Positions 18,625 through 27,129 of a DNA stretch of 64,000 nucleotides are shown here, piece by piece. Location: the IMG/VR virus record IMGVR_UViG_3300023178_004374; one strand, written 5' to 3'. A program made the position numbers and the translations under genes. This DNA comes from an uncultured virus (IMG/VR IMGVR_UViG_3300023178_004374). Taxonomy: Duplodnaviria; Heunggongvirae; Uroviricota; Caudoviricetes. Under the pieces are notes generated by a model. The model saw only the letters and a list, made by a program, of their open reading frames with translations. It had not been told where the DNA came from and searched no databases. Each line of letters begins with the position of its first letter. Position 1 is the first letter of the stretch.

Positions 18625-18831
18625 TTATTTAAAATTCATTTCATCTACTATTTCTTGAGCAAGATTTTTTGCTTCTTCAAAACCTTTTCTCAAACTATTG
18701 CTTCTATGTCCATATCTTATGAACCACTGAAGATTATTTATAGTGCCTTGATATTTTTCTTGAGGCAATTTAAAATCACAAACGATCCATTCCCATTGAC
18801 TACGTTTATTTAAAAAATCAAAAATCGTCAC
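18625..18831 (-). CDS. Hypothetical protein
   Basis: 68 aa operonic ORF. Confidence 0.6.
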   Translation of the reverse strand: MTIFDFLNKRSQWEWIVCDFKLPQEKYQGTINNLQWFIRYGHRSNSLRKGFEEAKNLAQEIVDEMNFK

Positions 18832-19346
18832 TCAAAAATACCTTCCTTATTAATCATAGACAAGTTGCCAGCTATTACAATTCTTTCTTCTTCAATTTGC
18901 TGTGGTGGAACTGCATGATAGAGATAACCAGGAAATAAAGTAATTAATCCTGGTATAGGCCTGACATTAAATCCAGCTTCACATGTAGGAAAAATTAATG
19001 GAGAGCTATGTTCTGATGCTTTTAAGTAGTATACGAAACTAAAAGCGGCAGGATGATGCTCATGCATATCTGCACTTTCACCTTTATGATAAACTGCTCC
19101 CCACATATCAGTAATACTTAGTTGTCTTTGATCAGAATAATTATCATGAAATTTAGTTAAACTAATTATAAACTCTTTAAGTGGAATATACAAATCATCA
19201 TAAACCAAAGCTTCAAATTGTGTCATATCAGCTTTGACATTAGTCTTATGATTCATTTCATCACCACGCTTTTTAATGTCTTCTATCCATTTTTCAGATA
19301 GCTCATCTTGCCAAGGAAAATGGCAAGTGATAACATTAGTATTCAT
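18828..19346 (-). CDS. Putative 2OG-Fe(II) oxygenase
   Basis: WGAVY..HEH, SFVYY, LFP..LYHAV, RIVIAGN. Confidence 0.8.
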   Translation of the reverse strand: MNTNVITCHFPWQDELSEKWIEDIKKRGDEMNHKTNVKADMTQFEALVYDDLYIPLKEFIISLTKFHDNYSDQRQLSITDMWGAVYHKGESADMHEHHPAAFSFVYYLKASEHSSPLIFPTCEAGFNVRPIPGLITLFPGYLYHAVPPQQIEEERIVIAGNLSMINKEGIFE

Positions 19347-19362
19347 CTTAATATAAGATTTT

Positions 19363-19947
19363 TCAATTGGTAATATAGTCATAAATTTCTTTCCATGTTG
19401 CAAAGGTAGGAAACATTTCATTATGCATGTTATGACCATGTTCAACTAAAATAGACTCTAAACCCATTTCATCGCCTAGCTCAGCGTTATCAAATTTGTC
19501 TTCAATCCATATATAGCCACTGTCATAATATTCATTTAGAACTTCATCTTTATCAGCACCAGTATCTACAAAAATAAATTTTTCAAAAGCTGTTTCACCA
19601 AAAAGTTTTTTAGTATTCATTATACGAAGCTTTTGTGCAGACTCATCTTTGGATAATGCTGTAATCATATGAAATACATAACCATGTTTACGATGTAATA
19701 AGTCTACATAATACATAGCATCTCGTAAAGGAGGTAAAAAACCAATTGCAGCTGATTCATTAAATTGACGAACAAGACGACGTTTTTCGCGATTTGTTAA
19801 ACCATAACGATCACCCATGTCATAATGAGTCATACCTTTATCAGTCATTTCATAACCTTGAGATTGCATCCAAACATTAAATGCATATTCCCAATTCATG
19901 AGAACGCCATCACAATCAGTTAAAATTACTTTGTTTACATCTTTCAT
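19363..19947 (-). CDS. HAD-family 5'(3')-deoxyribonucleotidase-like (T4 gp30.2-like)
   Basis: LTDCDGVL, WIEDK, HN motifs. Confidence 0.75.
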   Translation of the reverse strand: MKDVNKVILTDCDGVLMNWEYAFNVWMQSQGYEMTDKGMTHYDMGDRYGLTNREKRRLVRQFNESAAIGFLPPLRDAMYYVDLLHRKHGYVFHMITALSKDESAQKLRIMNTKKLFGETAFEKFIFVDTGADKDEVLNEYYDSGYIWIEDKFDNAELGDEMGLESILVEHGHNMHNEMFPTFATWKEIYDYITN

Positions 19948-19975
19948 TATAGATCCTCCTTTACATTATAGGAGT

Positions 19976-20004
19976 ATTCTACCATAGTTTTTCTTAAATG
20001 TAAA
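19976..20004 (-). promoter_or_regulatory. Early promoter
   Basis: TTTACA-N17-TAGAAT. Confidence 0.75.
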
Positions 20005-20110
20005 CCATTTTTTTTCAGAATTCGCTTTATTCTGAAATCTTTTTCTTTTGACATTTGTTTGTTTCGATTTTTCTTTTTATTGCGGGTATCGAATCGACTA
20101 AATTTAGCCA

Positions 20111-20833
20111 TTATTCATTTCCATATAATTTAGCTTGAGTTTTTGGACCAAAAATTCCATCCTCAACTAACCCTTTCATTGCTTGATAATCTCTTAATTT
20201 CCATTCTAAGTCTTGAGAAAAGTATTCAGTAGGATCAACACCTAGCTTTTCTGATAATCTTAAAACACCTAGACCCATAGAACCTTTTATAAGGATATGA
20301 GTATAGTCATAATTTTTTGCATCAGCTTCAACTTTTTCTTTTTGTTTTTTTATAAATTCTGATCTATCGTCTACCTTAACTTCAGGTTTTTCTTTTTGTT
20401 TTTCTATTTGCTTTTCAATTAATTCTTTTCGGTTCTTTTGAACTTCTTTAGGCTTTTGTACCTTAACTTCAGGTGGCAAAGGCTTTGGCTTTGGTTGTTT
20501 TACAACTCTATCTTTAGCGCGTTTAACCAATGCTTTTTTAGAAATGATTTTTCCATCACCTGCTAATATTTTAACACCTTCTAATTCTATTAAAACATCT
20601 GCAGCGATTTTCGGCTTAGGCTTAGCCTTTGGCTTTTCTTTAACTTCTACTTTAGGCTTTTCTACCTTTGGCTTAGGCTTAGGCTTAGCCTTTGGCTTTT
20701 TCTGGGCATTTAAATATTCATCAATTTCTTCTTGAGTAAATTTTTTAGATACTAAAATTTCTCTACGTTTTGGATGTTTCCAACCTTTTAAAGTAGGAAC
20801 AGCATCCTTTTGATATTTTGGAGGTTCAATCAT
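20111..20833 (-). CDS. Lys/Pro-rich protein with C-terminal peptidoglycan-binding domain
   Basis: KPKAKPKPK repeats; YQ..KGLVEDGIFGPKT PG_binding_1 signature. Confidence 0.65.
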   Translation of the reverse strand: MIEPPKYQKDAVPTLKGWKHPKRREILVSKKFTQEEIDEYLNAQKKPKAKPKPKPKVEKPKVEVKEKPKAKPKPKIAADVLIELEGVKILAGDGKIISKKALVKRAKDRVVKQPKPKPLPPEVKVQKPKEVQKNRKELIEKQIEKQKEKPEVKVDDRSEFIKKQKEKVEADAKNYDYTHILIKGSMGLGVLRLSEKLGVDPTEYFSQDLEWKLRDYQAMKGLVEDGIFGPKTQAKLYGNE

Positions 20834-21075
20834 GGTCCATCACCGTAATTACGTGTATTCTCAATTTCTGTCATTAACGCTTCATACCCACCAACATAAT
20901 TACCATACCAAGTAATTTGTGGAACGGTTTTAGCGTTTGGAAAATCTTTTTTAAATTGTTCTTGTTTTTCTGGTGTATCTAAACTTATATATTCATATCT
21001 TAAGTTATACTGTTCACAAGCATTTACTGCTTTCCTGCACCACCCACATGAAGGAGTACCATAAATCTTTATCAT
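20830..21075 (-). CDS. Glutaredoxin
   Basis: CGWC, TVPQI, VGGY. Confidence 0.9.
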   Translation of the reverse strand: MIKIYGTPSCGWCRKAVNACEQYNLRYEYISLDTPEKQEQFKKDFPNAKTVPQITWYGNYVGGYEALMTEIENTRNYGDGP

Positions 21076-21689
21076 ATCCACTCAACTACTTTAGAATAAT
21101 CTGGTTTATCTTCCCACGATTCTATATATTTTTCAGGATCAGGATATCCAGCAGACATTATAAATTGTACTTCATCATCAATAAAATCAAACCCGCGATC
21201 TATCCAATAATCAGGATTATATTCAAAATCTTCAAAGCATAGAGTGTAAGCAACATCTAATCCATTTTCAATTAAAAGCTTACTTAATATAGTAGCATGC
21301 ATTCCTACTTCTATATTAGTACTTTTAATTATAATTCTATCTTTATATTTTTTAGGATCCATTGGAGGCTGTTGATGTCCTCCTGCTAAGTCACTTTCAA
21401 CTTTAGCATTACCTTCAGCTAACCTTACAGTGTAAATAAATTGATATGGTGCTGTCAATAAATTATAATTATCTCTTACACCAGAGTGTTGAGATATTTC
21501 ATATAAACCTTGGTTTAATTCTTTATTAGCCGGTCCAATTGCCCACACTTTGTATGGCATTAAATTTTGTTTAGATGCTACAGCTTCATATGTTTTCTTT
21601 AAACATTCGTCAATAAAAGACTTTTCAGGAATTTTTTCCTGATCATACCATCTAACTTGTTTTCTATCTTTTATAGTTTCGTAAAACAT
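21072..21689 (-). CDS. Nitroreductase-like protein
   Basis: R..VR.Y, SKQNLMPY, EVGM, GLD..YT.CF. Confidence 0.6.
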   Translation of the reverse strand: MFYETIKDRKQVRWYDQEKIPEKSFIDECLKKTYEAVASKQNLMPYKVWAIGPANKELNQGLYEISQHSGVRDNYNLLTAPYQFIYTVRLAEGNAKVESDLAGGHQQPPMDPKKYKDRIIIKSTNIEVGMHATILSKLLIENGLDVAYTLCFEDFEYNPDYWIDRGFDFIDDEVQFIMSAGYPDPEKYIESWEDKPDYSKVVEWI

Positions 21690-21694
21690 GTCCT

Positions 21695-22378
21695 TTACCT
21701 TATTTTTAACATTTCTTTTGTCATAATGTAATCTCTAACTAAATCAGATCTAACAATATCATCCCATCCAAAAGTAAATTGCTTAAAGTGCCTCATTTGT
21801 TCTAAGATAGTAAGAAATTTTATAAGGCCTTCTCTTTCATCTTCCTTTTTAAAATCTGATTGATAATAATCTCCACAAAAAATAATTCTAGTATCTAATC
21901 CAATTCTTGTAATAATAGAGTCAAGTTCATGGAAATTACAATTCTGCATTTCATCAACTATAACAATGGCATTATCAAATGTAGTTCCTCTAATAAAAGA
22001 TGTAGACTCGAAATCTACTTTGTTTGCTGAAAGCATTTTACCCCAAGCACCATCATATCCAAACATTTCACTGAATATTGCTTTGTATGGAACTGTATAA
22101 GATTCCTTTTTAGCTTTCTCATCTCCAGGCAAAAAGCCAATTTCACGTGTAGGAACAACTGATCTTACTACAATAATTTTTCTATATGAAGATGATAATA
22201 AAAATTCTCTTAATGCTAAGTATATAGCAATAAAAGTTTTACCAGTACCTGCAGATCCTGTTAAAACTAAATTGTAACCTTCTTTCCAAGCTTCCCAAAC
22301 TTCTTCTTGTGTATCAGTTATTGGTTCAAAAAATTCTAATTCGTCTGGTAAGACGTTCATTGAGTTTGATTTTTTCAT
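21695..22378 (-). CDS. phoH: PhoH-family ATPase
   Basis: GSAGTGKT, IGFLPG, FIRGTTF, DEMQN, GDYYQSD, DIVRS. Confidence 0.93.
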   Translation of the reverse strand: MKKSNSMNVLPDELEFFEPITDTQEEVWEAWKEGYNLVLTGSAGTGKTFIAIYLALREFLLSSSYRKIIVVRSVVPTREIGFLPGDEKAKKESYTVPYKAIFSEMFGYDGAWGKMLSANKVDFESTSFIRGTTFDNAIVIVDEMQNCNFHELDSIITRIGLDTRIIFCGDYYQSDFKKEDEREGLIKFLTILEQMRHFKQFTFGWDDIVRSDLVRDYIMTKEMLKIR

Positions 22379-22614
22379 CGATGTGTATTAATTTTATTGT
22401 CTTTTGCTGCACCACTTTTTACTCTATCCAACACATCTTTAAAACCTGATGGAATATGAGAGTTCAAACCTTTGACTCCACTTACAATCTTTGGAGCTGA
22501 TGGTACTTGAATTACATCGGGCAGTTCGTCTAATGTTGTCTGTAACTCATCCCATGAACAAATAACTTCCCATTCATGATTATTTTTTATGTCCCTAAGC
22601 GTATACGTTGGCAT
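22375..22614 (-). CDS. FmdB-like small protein (MPTY start)
   Basis: MPTYT..., upstream of phoH as in T4-like phages. Confidence 0.55.
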   Translation of the reverse strand: MPTYTLRDIKNNHEWEVICSWDELQTTLDELPDVIQVPSAPKIVSGVKGLNSHIPSGFKDVLDRVKSGAAKDNKINTHR

Positions 22615-22814
22615 ATCTTTTTCCAGCTTTCCCAATTTTTGTCTACATCATATCTATACATTACTTTCCAATACTTATCTCTACCAGCACCAGACCAAGA
22701 TCTAATGACTCTCTTACCTTTTGGTGACTCTTCTAAACGAAGCCAAGTGCCAGGATTATCCTCAGGACCAAACTTAACTTCATCTATTACTTTATATTCT
22801 ATTTCACCAAACAT
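22587..22814 (-). CDS. Hypothetical protein
   Basis: 75 aa operonic ORF. Confidence 0.6.
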   Translation of the reverse strand: MFGEIEYKVIDEVKFGPEDNPGTWLRLEESPKGKRVIRSWSGAGRDKYWKVMYRYDVDKNWESWKKICQRIRLGT

Positions 22815-23326
22815 TACATTCCTAACCCATAGTGATAACTAGATTTTTCTATGTATTTTTGTATGTTATCAGAAGAATTTACTGCTTTACTAAATAATAT
22901 GTATTCTTTTTCGTGTGCTTCAATCTCCCATGGTCTTTCAGAATATGGCATACGATGACTGTTAAAGTGTTCTTTACCATAAGCTACTTTAAATGATTCT
23001 GATAAAATCCTCATTCTACGAGTAGCGTATTGAGCCACATGAACTAACTCATGACTCAATACTTCTAGCATTTTAATAAAGGATTTTATACCAGAGTAAT
23101 TTACTCGAATTGTGTATTCTTTTGGTGACTTTTCGTAGCAGTCTTCAACATCTACATCGCCCCATATACCATGTGTCACATGTAAGTCTTTAACAACATG
23201 AATATTTAAGAATAAAGAGTCCTTTAATCTTTTAGACACGAGTTGGCTAAGCACGAGATCACAGGCTTCGCATATGATCGCTTGCTGTTTAGATGACATT
23301 TTATATCCAGAAAATTTTATATCCAT
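22814..23326 (-). CDS. Zincin-like metallopeptidase (HExxH)
   Basis: HELVHVAQY...PWEIEA. Confidence 0.75.
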   Translation of the reverse strand: MDIKFSGYKMSSKQQAIICEACDLVLSQLVSKRLKDSLFLNIHVVKDLHVTHGIWGDVDVEDCYEKSPKEYTIRVNYSGIKSFIKMLEVLSHELVHVAQYATRRMRILSESFKVAYGKEHFNSHRMPYSERPWEIEAHEKEYILFSKAVNSSDNIQKYIEKSSYHYGLGM

Positions 23327-23331
23327 AATTT

Positions 23332-23360
23332 AATCTACCACAATTTAAACCAAAAGTAAA
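23332..23360 (-). promoter_or_regulatory. Early promoter (probably leaderless transcript)
   Basis: TTTACT-N17-TAGATT; ATG 5 nt after the -10 box. Confidence 0.7.
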
Positions 23361-23505
23361 CAACTTTATGCTGCTTGTTTCCTTTTTCTTCGGAGTCGAG
23401 CAAACAAACGCAGTGTTCGATCTTCAATCATAGTCTTACGAGCTTTTCTACGTAATCTAGCTGCTTTAGATCTCATCATTCTTGACGCGCGTGTTTTGTC
23501 TTTAG

Positions 23506-24063
23506 TCATGCTACCTCCTTGAACCATTCAGGTACGTTGCGGTTTGTCCAAGCCATTTTAAATCTTGATTGCTTGGTTTGATAGAATGCACGGTACGCCT
23601 CGACTGGATCGCCAAGAGCAATGCATTCGGGATAGTCAGCCATAGCTAACTTAAAAGGTGTTAGGCCTCGCTTTTTGATATTACGTGGAGGCAAAGTAAG
23701 TATATCCTGTAATTTTGATGTACCATGTTCTTTACCATACCGATGAGTATATTCGTGAAGCAAAGCAACAAAATGATCGTAATGCCATTTATAATTACGA
23801 TCCGATTCCATAGTCCATACTGTTGATGGATGACCATGATGCACAGCTTTGTATAGACGTTCTTCTTTATGTGGTGTTGGATGTACCCAATAATTGATCA
23901 TACGTTTACCTGATTTTGATGGACGTTTTTCAACATAACCATCGAGCATACGATGTGCTGTGGATAGCATTTGAGCTGATTCGACAATCATTTTGACCAC
24001 ATGTTTGTCACACTGTAATTGTGCAGCAATAATAGGATCACGATCTAAGATAAAAATATTCAT
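23506..24063 (-). CDS. Pyrimidine-dimer DNA glycosylase (DenV-like)
   Basis: MNIFILD..CDKHVVKMIVESAQMLSTAH, HPSTVW, AYR.FY..K. Confidence 0.82.
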   Translation of the reverse strand: MNIFILDRDPIIAAQLQCDKHVVKMIVESAQMLSTAHRMLDGYVEKRPSKSGKRMINYWVHPTPHKEERLYKAVHHGHPSTVWTMESDRNYKWHYDHFVALLHEYTHRYGKEHGTSKLQDILTLPPRNIKKRGLTPFKLAMADYPECIALGDPVEAYRAFYQTKQSRFKMAWTNRNVPEWFKEVA

Positions 24064-24082
24064 ATGTAACCTCCATTATAAA

Positions 24083-24111
24083 ATCTTACCATATATGAAA
24101 CCAAAAGTAAA
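24083..24111 (-). promoter_or_regulatory. Early promoter
   Basis: TTTACT-N17-TAAGAT. Confidence 0.7.
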
Positions 24112-24196
24112 CCATAAAATTGTAAATAATTCATTTTAACGAAAGATGGATGAATAACATAACTATTTATCCATCCACCTTAAAGCTCCCTAATCT

Positions 24197-24224
24197 ATTA
24201 TACCAAATATTTCAAAAATGTACA
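24197..24224 (-). promoter_or_regulatory. Early promoter (16-bp spacer)
   Basis: TGTACA-N16-TATAAT with TGG. Confidence 0.6.
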
Positions 24225-24466
24225 CCTTTTTATGCTGTAGAATATAATTCATCGATCCGTCTATCTAAAAATCTCTTTTTAAGTAGAACTTTAGATGCTA
24301 ATGAATCATTACCCTCCTTTGTTAGTTTTTCTACAAATTTTTTCAGCTCTTTTGAATCTTGTTGCAGTCTTTCTAACTTGGACATTTGTCCTCCTTTGAA
24401 GTGTATAAGGCCGCTAGCACAGAAGCGCAGCGACCTTAGTAGTTTGAGTTTCTATTTTTATTGTTT

Positions 24467-24886
24467 TTAACCCTTAAGTAAGCCAGGGAAAGCCTCCTCT
24501 ACTACTTGTTTAGTTATGCCCGAAGGCGGTTTTTTGTTAATCATATCGATGACTAACAATGCATCATTAGGATCTATACCTTCTAGAATCCCAATGAATA
24601 TCTGTTCTCGCTTTGCCTTCATCATTTTGTCACCAGGTCCACCTTTCACAAAGAACTTAAACTTTGTGTTTTCACGTAATAGATTACCTGGTGCTGAATG
24701 CGGTTGATTAGGGGTGTAAGGAACATCCTCCCCTGTTGGCAGATTCCATTCAATGGTAGGATCCATTGAACCTCTGAGAATATCTTTAAGTGCCCATGAC
24801 TCATTATTTTTTAGCACTTGAATTCGTTCGTCTTTTTTTCGTTTTTTTCTAGCTTCGTCAAGAACTTCATGAACTAGCATTACCAT
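24467..24886 (-). CDS. Conserved T4-like hypothetical protein
   Basis: W.LP.G..PY.PN, KRE..FI..LEG motifs; downstream of rnh. Confidence 0.7.
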   Translation of the reverse strand: MVMLVHEVLDEARKKRKKDERIQVLKNNESWALKDILRGSMDPTIEWNLPTGEDVPYTPNQPHSAPGNLLRENTKFKFFVKGGPGDKMMKAKREQIFIGILEGIDPNDALLVIDMINKKPPSGITKQVVEEAFPGLLKG

Positions 24887-24923
24887 TATAAACTCCTATT
24901 CATCTTAATTTTATATATAATCA

Positions 24924-25775
24924 TCATATAAATTCTTGAACATTTTCCATAAGTAATTTGCAGCGTTTAGCAATTAAATAAGGAAAAACTTTTCCTTTGT
25001 TTGACCAAGGATCTTGGCCTTCATAGGTTTCAATAATTTCCTGTTTAATATTATCAGGTGTCATAGTTAAGTCAATCATACGTTGATTACGTTGGTAGTT
25101 ACGATATATATCATCTCCCATAGCAGCTTGTAAATTATCAGATGATAACCATTGCTCAATCTTTTTCTTTGTTACAGGAGATTGTCTACGTCCTTCTACA
25201 AAAACATTGTCATCAGAGAGCACATTAGGGACTCCGTCGCCACCATCTCCGCGGAAAATATGTTCCATCATATATTTATGAGGATTAGGATCAGAAACAT
25301 ATTTTTTAGTCATAGGGGAAAACTGACGAATGTTCTTATGTTTTTGTAATTGAATAAAATCTTTATCGGCTGAAACGATCATGACAGGCTCATGTTTGCC
25401 AAACTCTTGAGTTTGTAATGCGATTTGAGCAATTACATCATCGGCTTCACAACCTTGTTGGTGCATAACTTTATAAGGAAAATTATCTCGTATTTCATCA
25501 CGAACCATATTGATAATACGAAACACTTCATTCCAATCAATAGATGACTCATCGCGTGATTTTTTACGACTAGCTTTATATTGAGGAAATACTTCTTTCC
25601 TCCAATTATTTGTACCATCGGCAATAATTACAACTTCACCATATTCTTTTAAGAATTTTTGGCGATACATACGGATTGAATTTAGAATCATATGTCGAAT
25701 AAGATTCTCATCCGCTGCAAGTTTTTGTACTACTACATTGCCGATGGCAATACCATTATAATCTATTAAGATCAT
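24924..25775 (-). CDS. rnh: T4-type RNase H (5'-3' exonuclease)
   Basis: ILIDY, WRKEVFPQYKASR, EADDVI, SADKDF.QL, GDGGDGVPN. Confidence 0.93.
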   Translation of the reverse strand: MILIDYNGIAIGNVVVQKLAADENLIRHMILNSIRMYRQKFLKEYGEVVIIADGTNNWRKEVFPQYKASRKKSRDESSIDWNEVFRIINMVRDEIRDNFPYKVMHQQGCEADDVIAQIALQTQEFGKHEPVMIVSADKDFIQLQKHKNIRQFSPMTKKYVSDPNPHKYMMEHIFRGDGGDGVPNVLSDDNVFVEGRRQSPVTKKKIEQWLSSDNLQAAMGDDIYRNYQRNQRMIDLTMTPDNIKQEIIETYEGQDPWSNKGKVFPYLIAKRCKLLMENVQEFI

Positions 25776-25800
25776 AGTTTACTCCTATCATTATGTAACC

Positions 25801-25829
25801 ATTCTACCATAGTTCTTATCAAATGTAAA
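25801..25829 (-). promoter_or_regulatory. Early promoter
   Basis: TTTACA-N17-TAGAAT. Confidence 0.75.
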
Positions 25830-25838
25830 CCATTTTTT

Positions 25839-26294
25839 TTATTTTTCTGAAACTTTTTGAACTTCCGCTGGATCTATTGTACCTTCAGTCATTAATTTAT
25901 TTCTATTAGCTAAATGACTTTTTTCTATTTCTGCTTTGTTCTGGCCATGATATTTTACAGCATGCCCTTCTTCTATCAAAACTTCAGTGAACATACGATC
26001 ATCTTTTAAAATAAAATCACCAAGGATACGACCAAATTTTCCTTTCATATCCTCTCCATCTTTTGCTGCAAAGGTTTTTAAAGTTGCGCCTTTAGATAAA
26101 AGTTCTTTTGCTCTTTCTTTTGCTGCTAAACCAAAAAGTTTTTCAACCTTATCGCTTGTTCTAGTTTCAGGTGTATCGATACCCATAATTCTAACTCTTT
26201 CATCAGTCAATACAATTCCAAATCCTAAATCGATGTCTACGTCTACAGTATCTCCATCAACTACTCGGAGAATTTTTGCTTTGTATTCGTACAT
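25839..26294 (-). CDS. Thermonuclease (SNase) family
   Basis: VVDGDT, RVRIMGIDTPE, GKFGRIL. Confidence 0.88.
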   Translation of the reverse strand: MYEYKAKILRVVDGDTVDVDIDLGFGIVLTDERVRIMGIDTPETRTSDKVEKLFGLAAKERAKELLSKGATLKTFAAKDGEDMKGKFGRILGDFILKDDRMFTEVLIEEGHAVKYHGQNKAEIEKSHLANRNKLMTEGTIDPAEVQKVSEK

Positions 26295-26709
26295 TTTTAT
26301 ATTCCTTTAAATGTTTACTATGAATTTTGCCTCCAATAAATTCATTATAATAATCATCACGGAATAGTACTTCACGATCAATTTGTTCTTTCATTTCTAA
26401 ATAAGTCATTTCACCTTTTGATTTACATAGGTGGAGGATGTTCCTTTTAAATCTTTTTTGTCCCTCATTTTCGACTAACATTTTTACTTCTTCGTTAGAT
26501 CCGAAATATTCTCTCCAATCAGACTCTATTTTTGTTATTCTTTTACGAGTCTTTCCTTTAAGAGGTTTTAATTTTCTTGTTCCCCAAAATAATTTTTTTC
26601 CTACATATTTTTTACCGTTATTTAAATCAGTAATTATGTAAACAAAACCAGCCAAATCTTCATAAGAAAATTCAGCTGGTTCAAATTCTTTTTCATTATA
26701 ATACCACAT
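26257..26709 (-). CDS. GIY-YIG (Seg-like) nuclease-domain protein
   Basis: GFVY..NGKKYVGKK, YFGS, YYN. Confidence 0.75.
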   Translation of the reverse strand: MWYYNEKEFEPAEFSYEDLAGFVYIITDLNNGKKYVGKKLFWGTRKLKPLKGKTRKRITKIESDWREYFGSNEEVKMLVENEGQKRFKRNILHLCKSKGEMTYLEMKEQIDREVLFRDDYYNEFIGGKIHSKHLKEYKNVRIQSKNSPSS

Positions 26710-26714
26710 ATGTT

Positions 26715-26722
26715 TATTTATA
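26715..26722 (-). promoter_or_regulatory. T4-type late promoter TATAAATA
   Basis: Exact gp55 consensus, 5 nt before ATG. Confidence 0.65.
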
Positions 26723-26990
26723 GTACAGTAATATCAACCATATGTCCTATTTGTCTAATCATTACTCGCTCACCTTTAGCATTATAATTGTAATATGTTT
26801 CACGAATATATTCACGATCTGTATTTTTATGTTCATGGTTAAAAGGCATATTTTCACTTACACCTTTTAGAGATTGAGCTTTATTAGGAATATTCATAGG
26901 CATATTTTTACTTATGCCTTGCATCATCATAGCGTTTTGTATATTAGTAGCTACTGAATTAAATTCCATTTTATTACTCGTTTGAATCAT
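26718..26990 (-). CDS. Hypothetical protein
   Basis: Internal repeat GISKNMPMN/GVSENMPFN; start uncertain. Confidence 0.55.
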   Translation of the reverse strand: MIQTSNKMEFNSVATNIQNAMMMQGISKNMPMNIPNKAQSLKGVSENMPFNHEHKNTDREYIRETYYNYNAKGERVMIRQIGHMVDITVL

Positions 26991-27117
26991 CCATTTGATC
27001 TAAATAAACAGCATTTACTTGTGTGCCACACATAGGACAAAAATCTGGCTCTTCTTGTAGTGTTGAAACTGTGGTTTCTTCTTCACAGTATTGACACTCG
27101 ATGTAGTAATGTTTCAA
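26974..27117 (-). CDS. Small zinc-ribbon protein (47 aa)
   Basis: Manual translation; TTG start; CQYC...FCPMCG. Confidence 0.6.
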   Translation of the reverse strand: MKHYYIECQYCEEETTVSTLQEEPDFCPMCGTQVNAVYLDQMDDSNE

Positions 27118-27129
27118 TCCCTTATGCTC

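Noticed and set aside
20600..20705. GGCTTA tandem repeats
   Set aside because: They simply encode the KP/KA low-complexity linker of the PG-binding protein.
26257..26709. Mobile homing endonuclease or intron
   Set aside because: Only a compact GIY-YIG domain without DNA-binding extensions; the flanking genes are uninterrupted.
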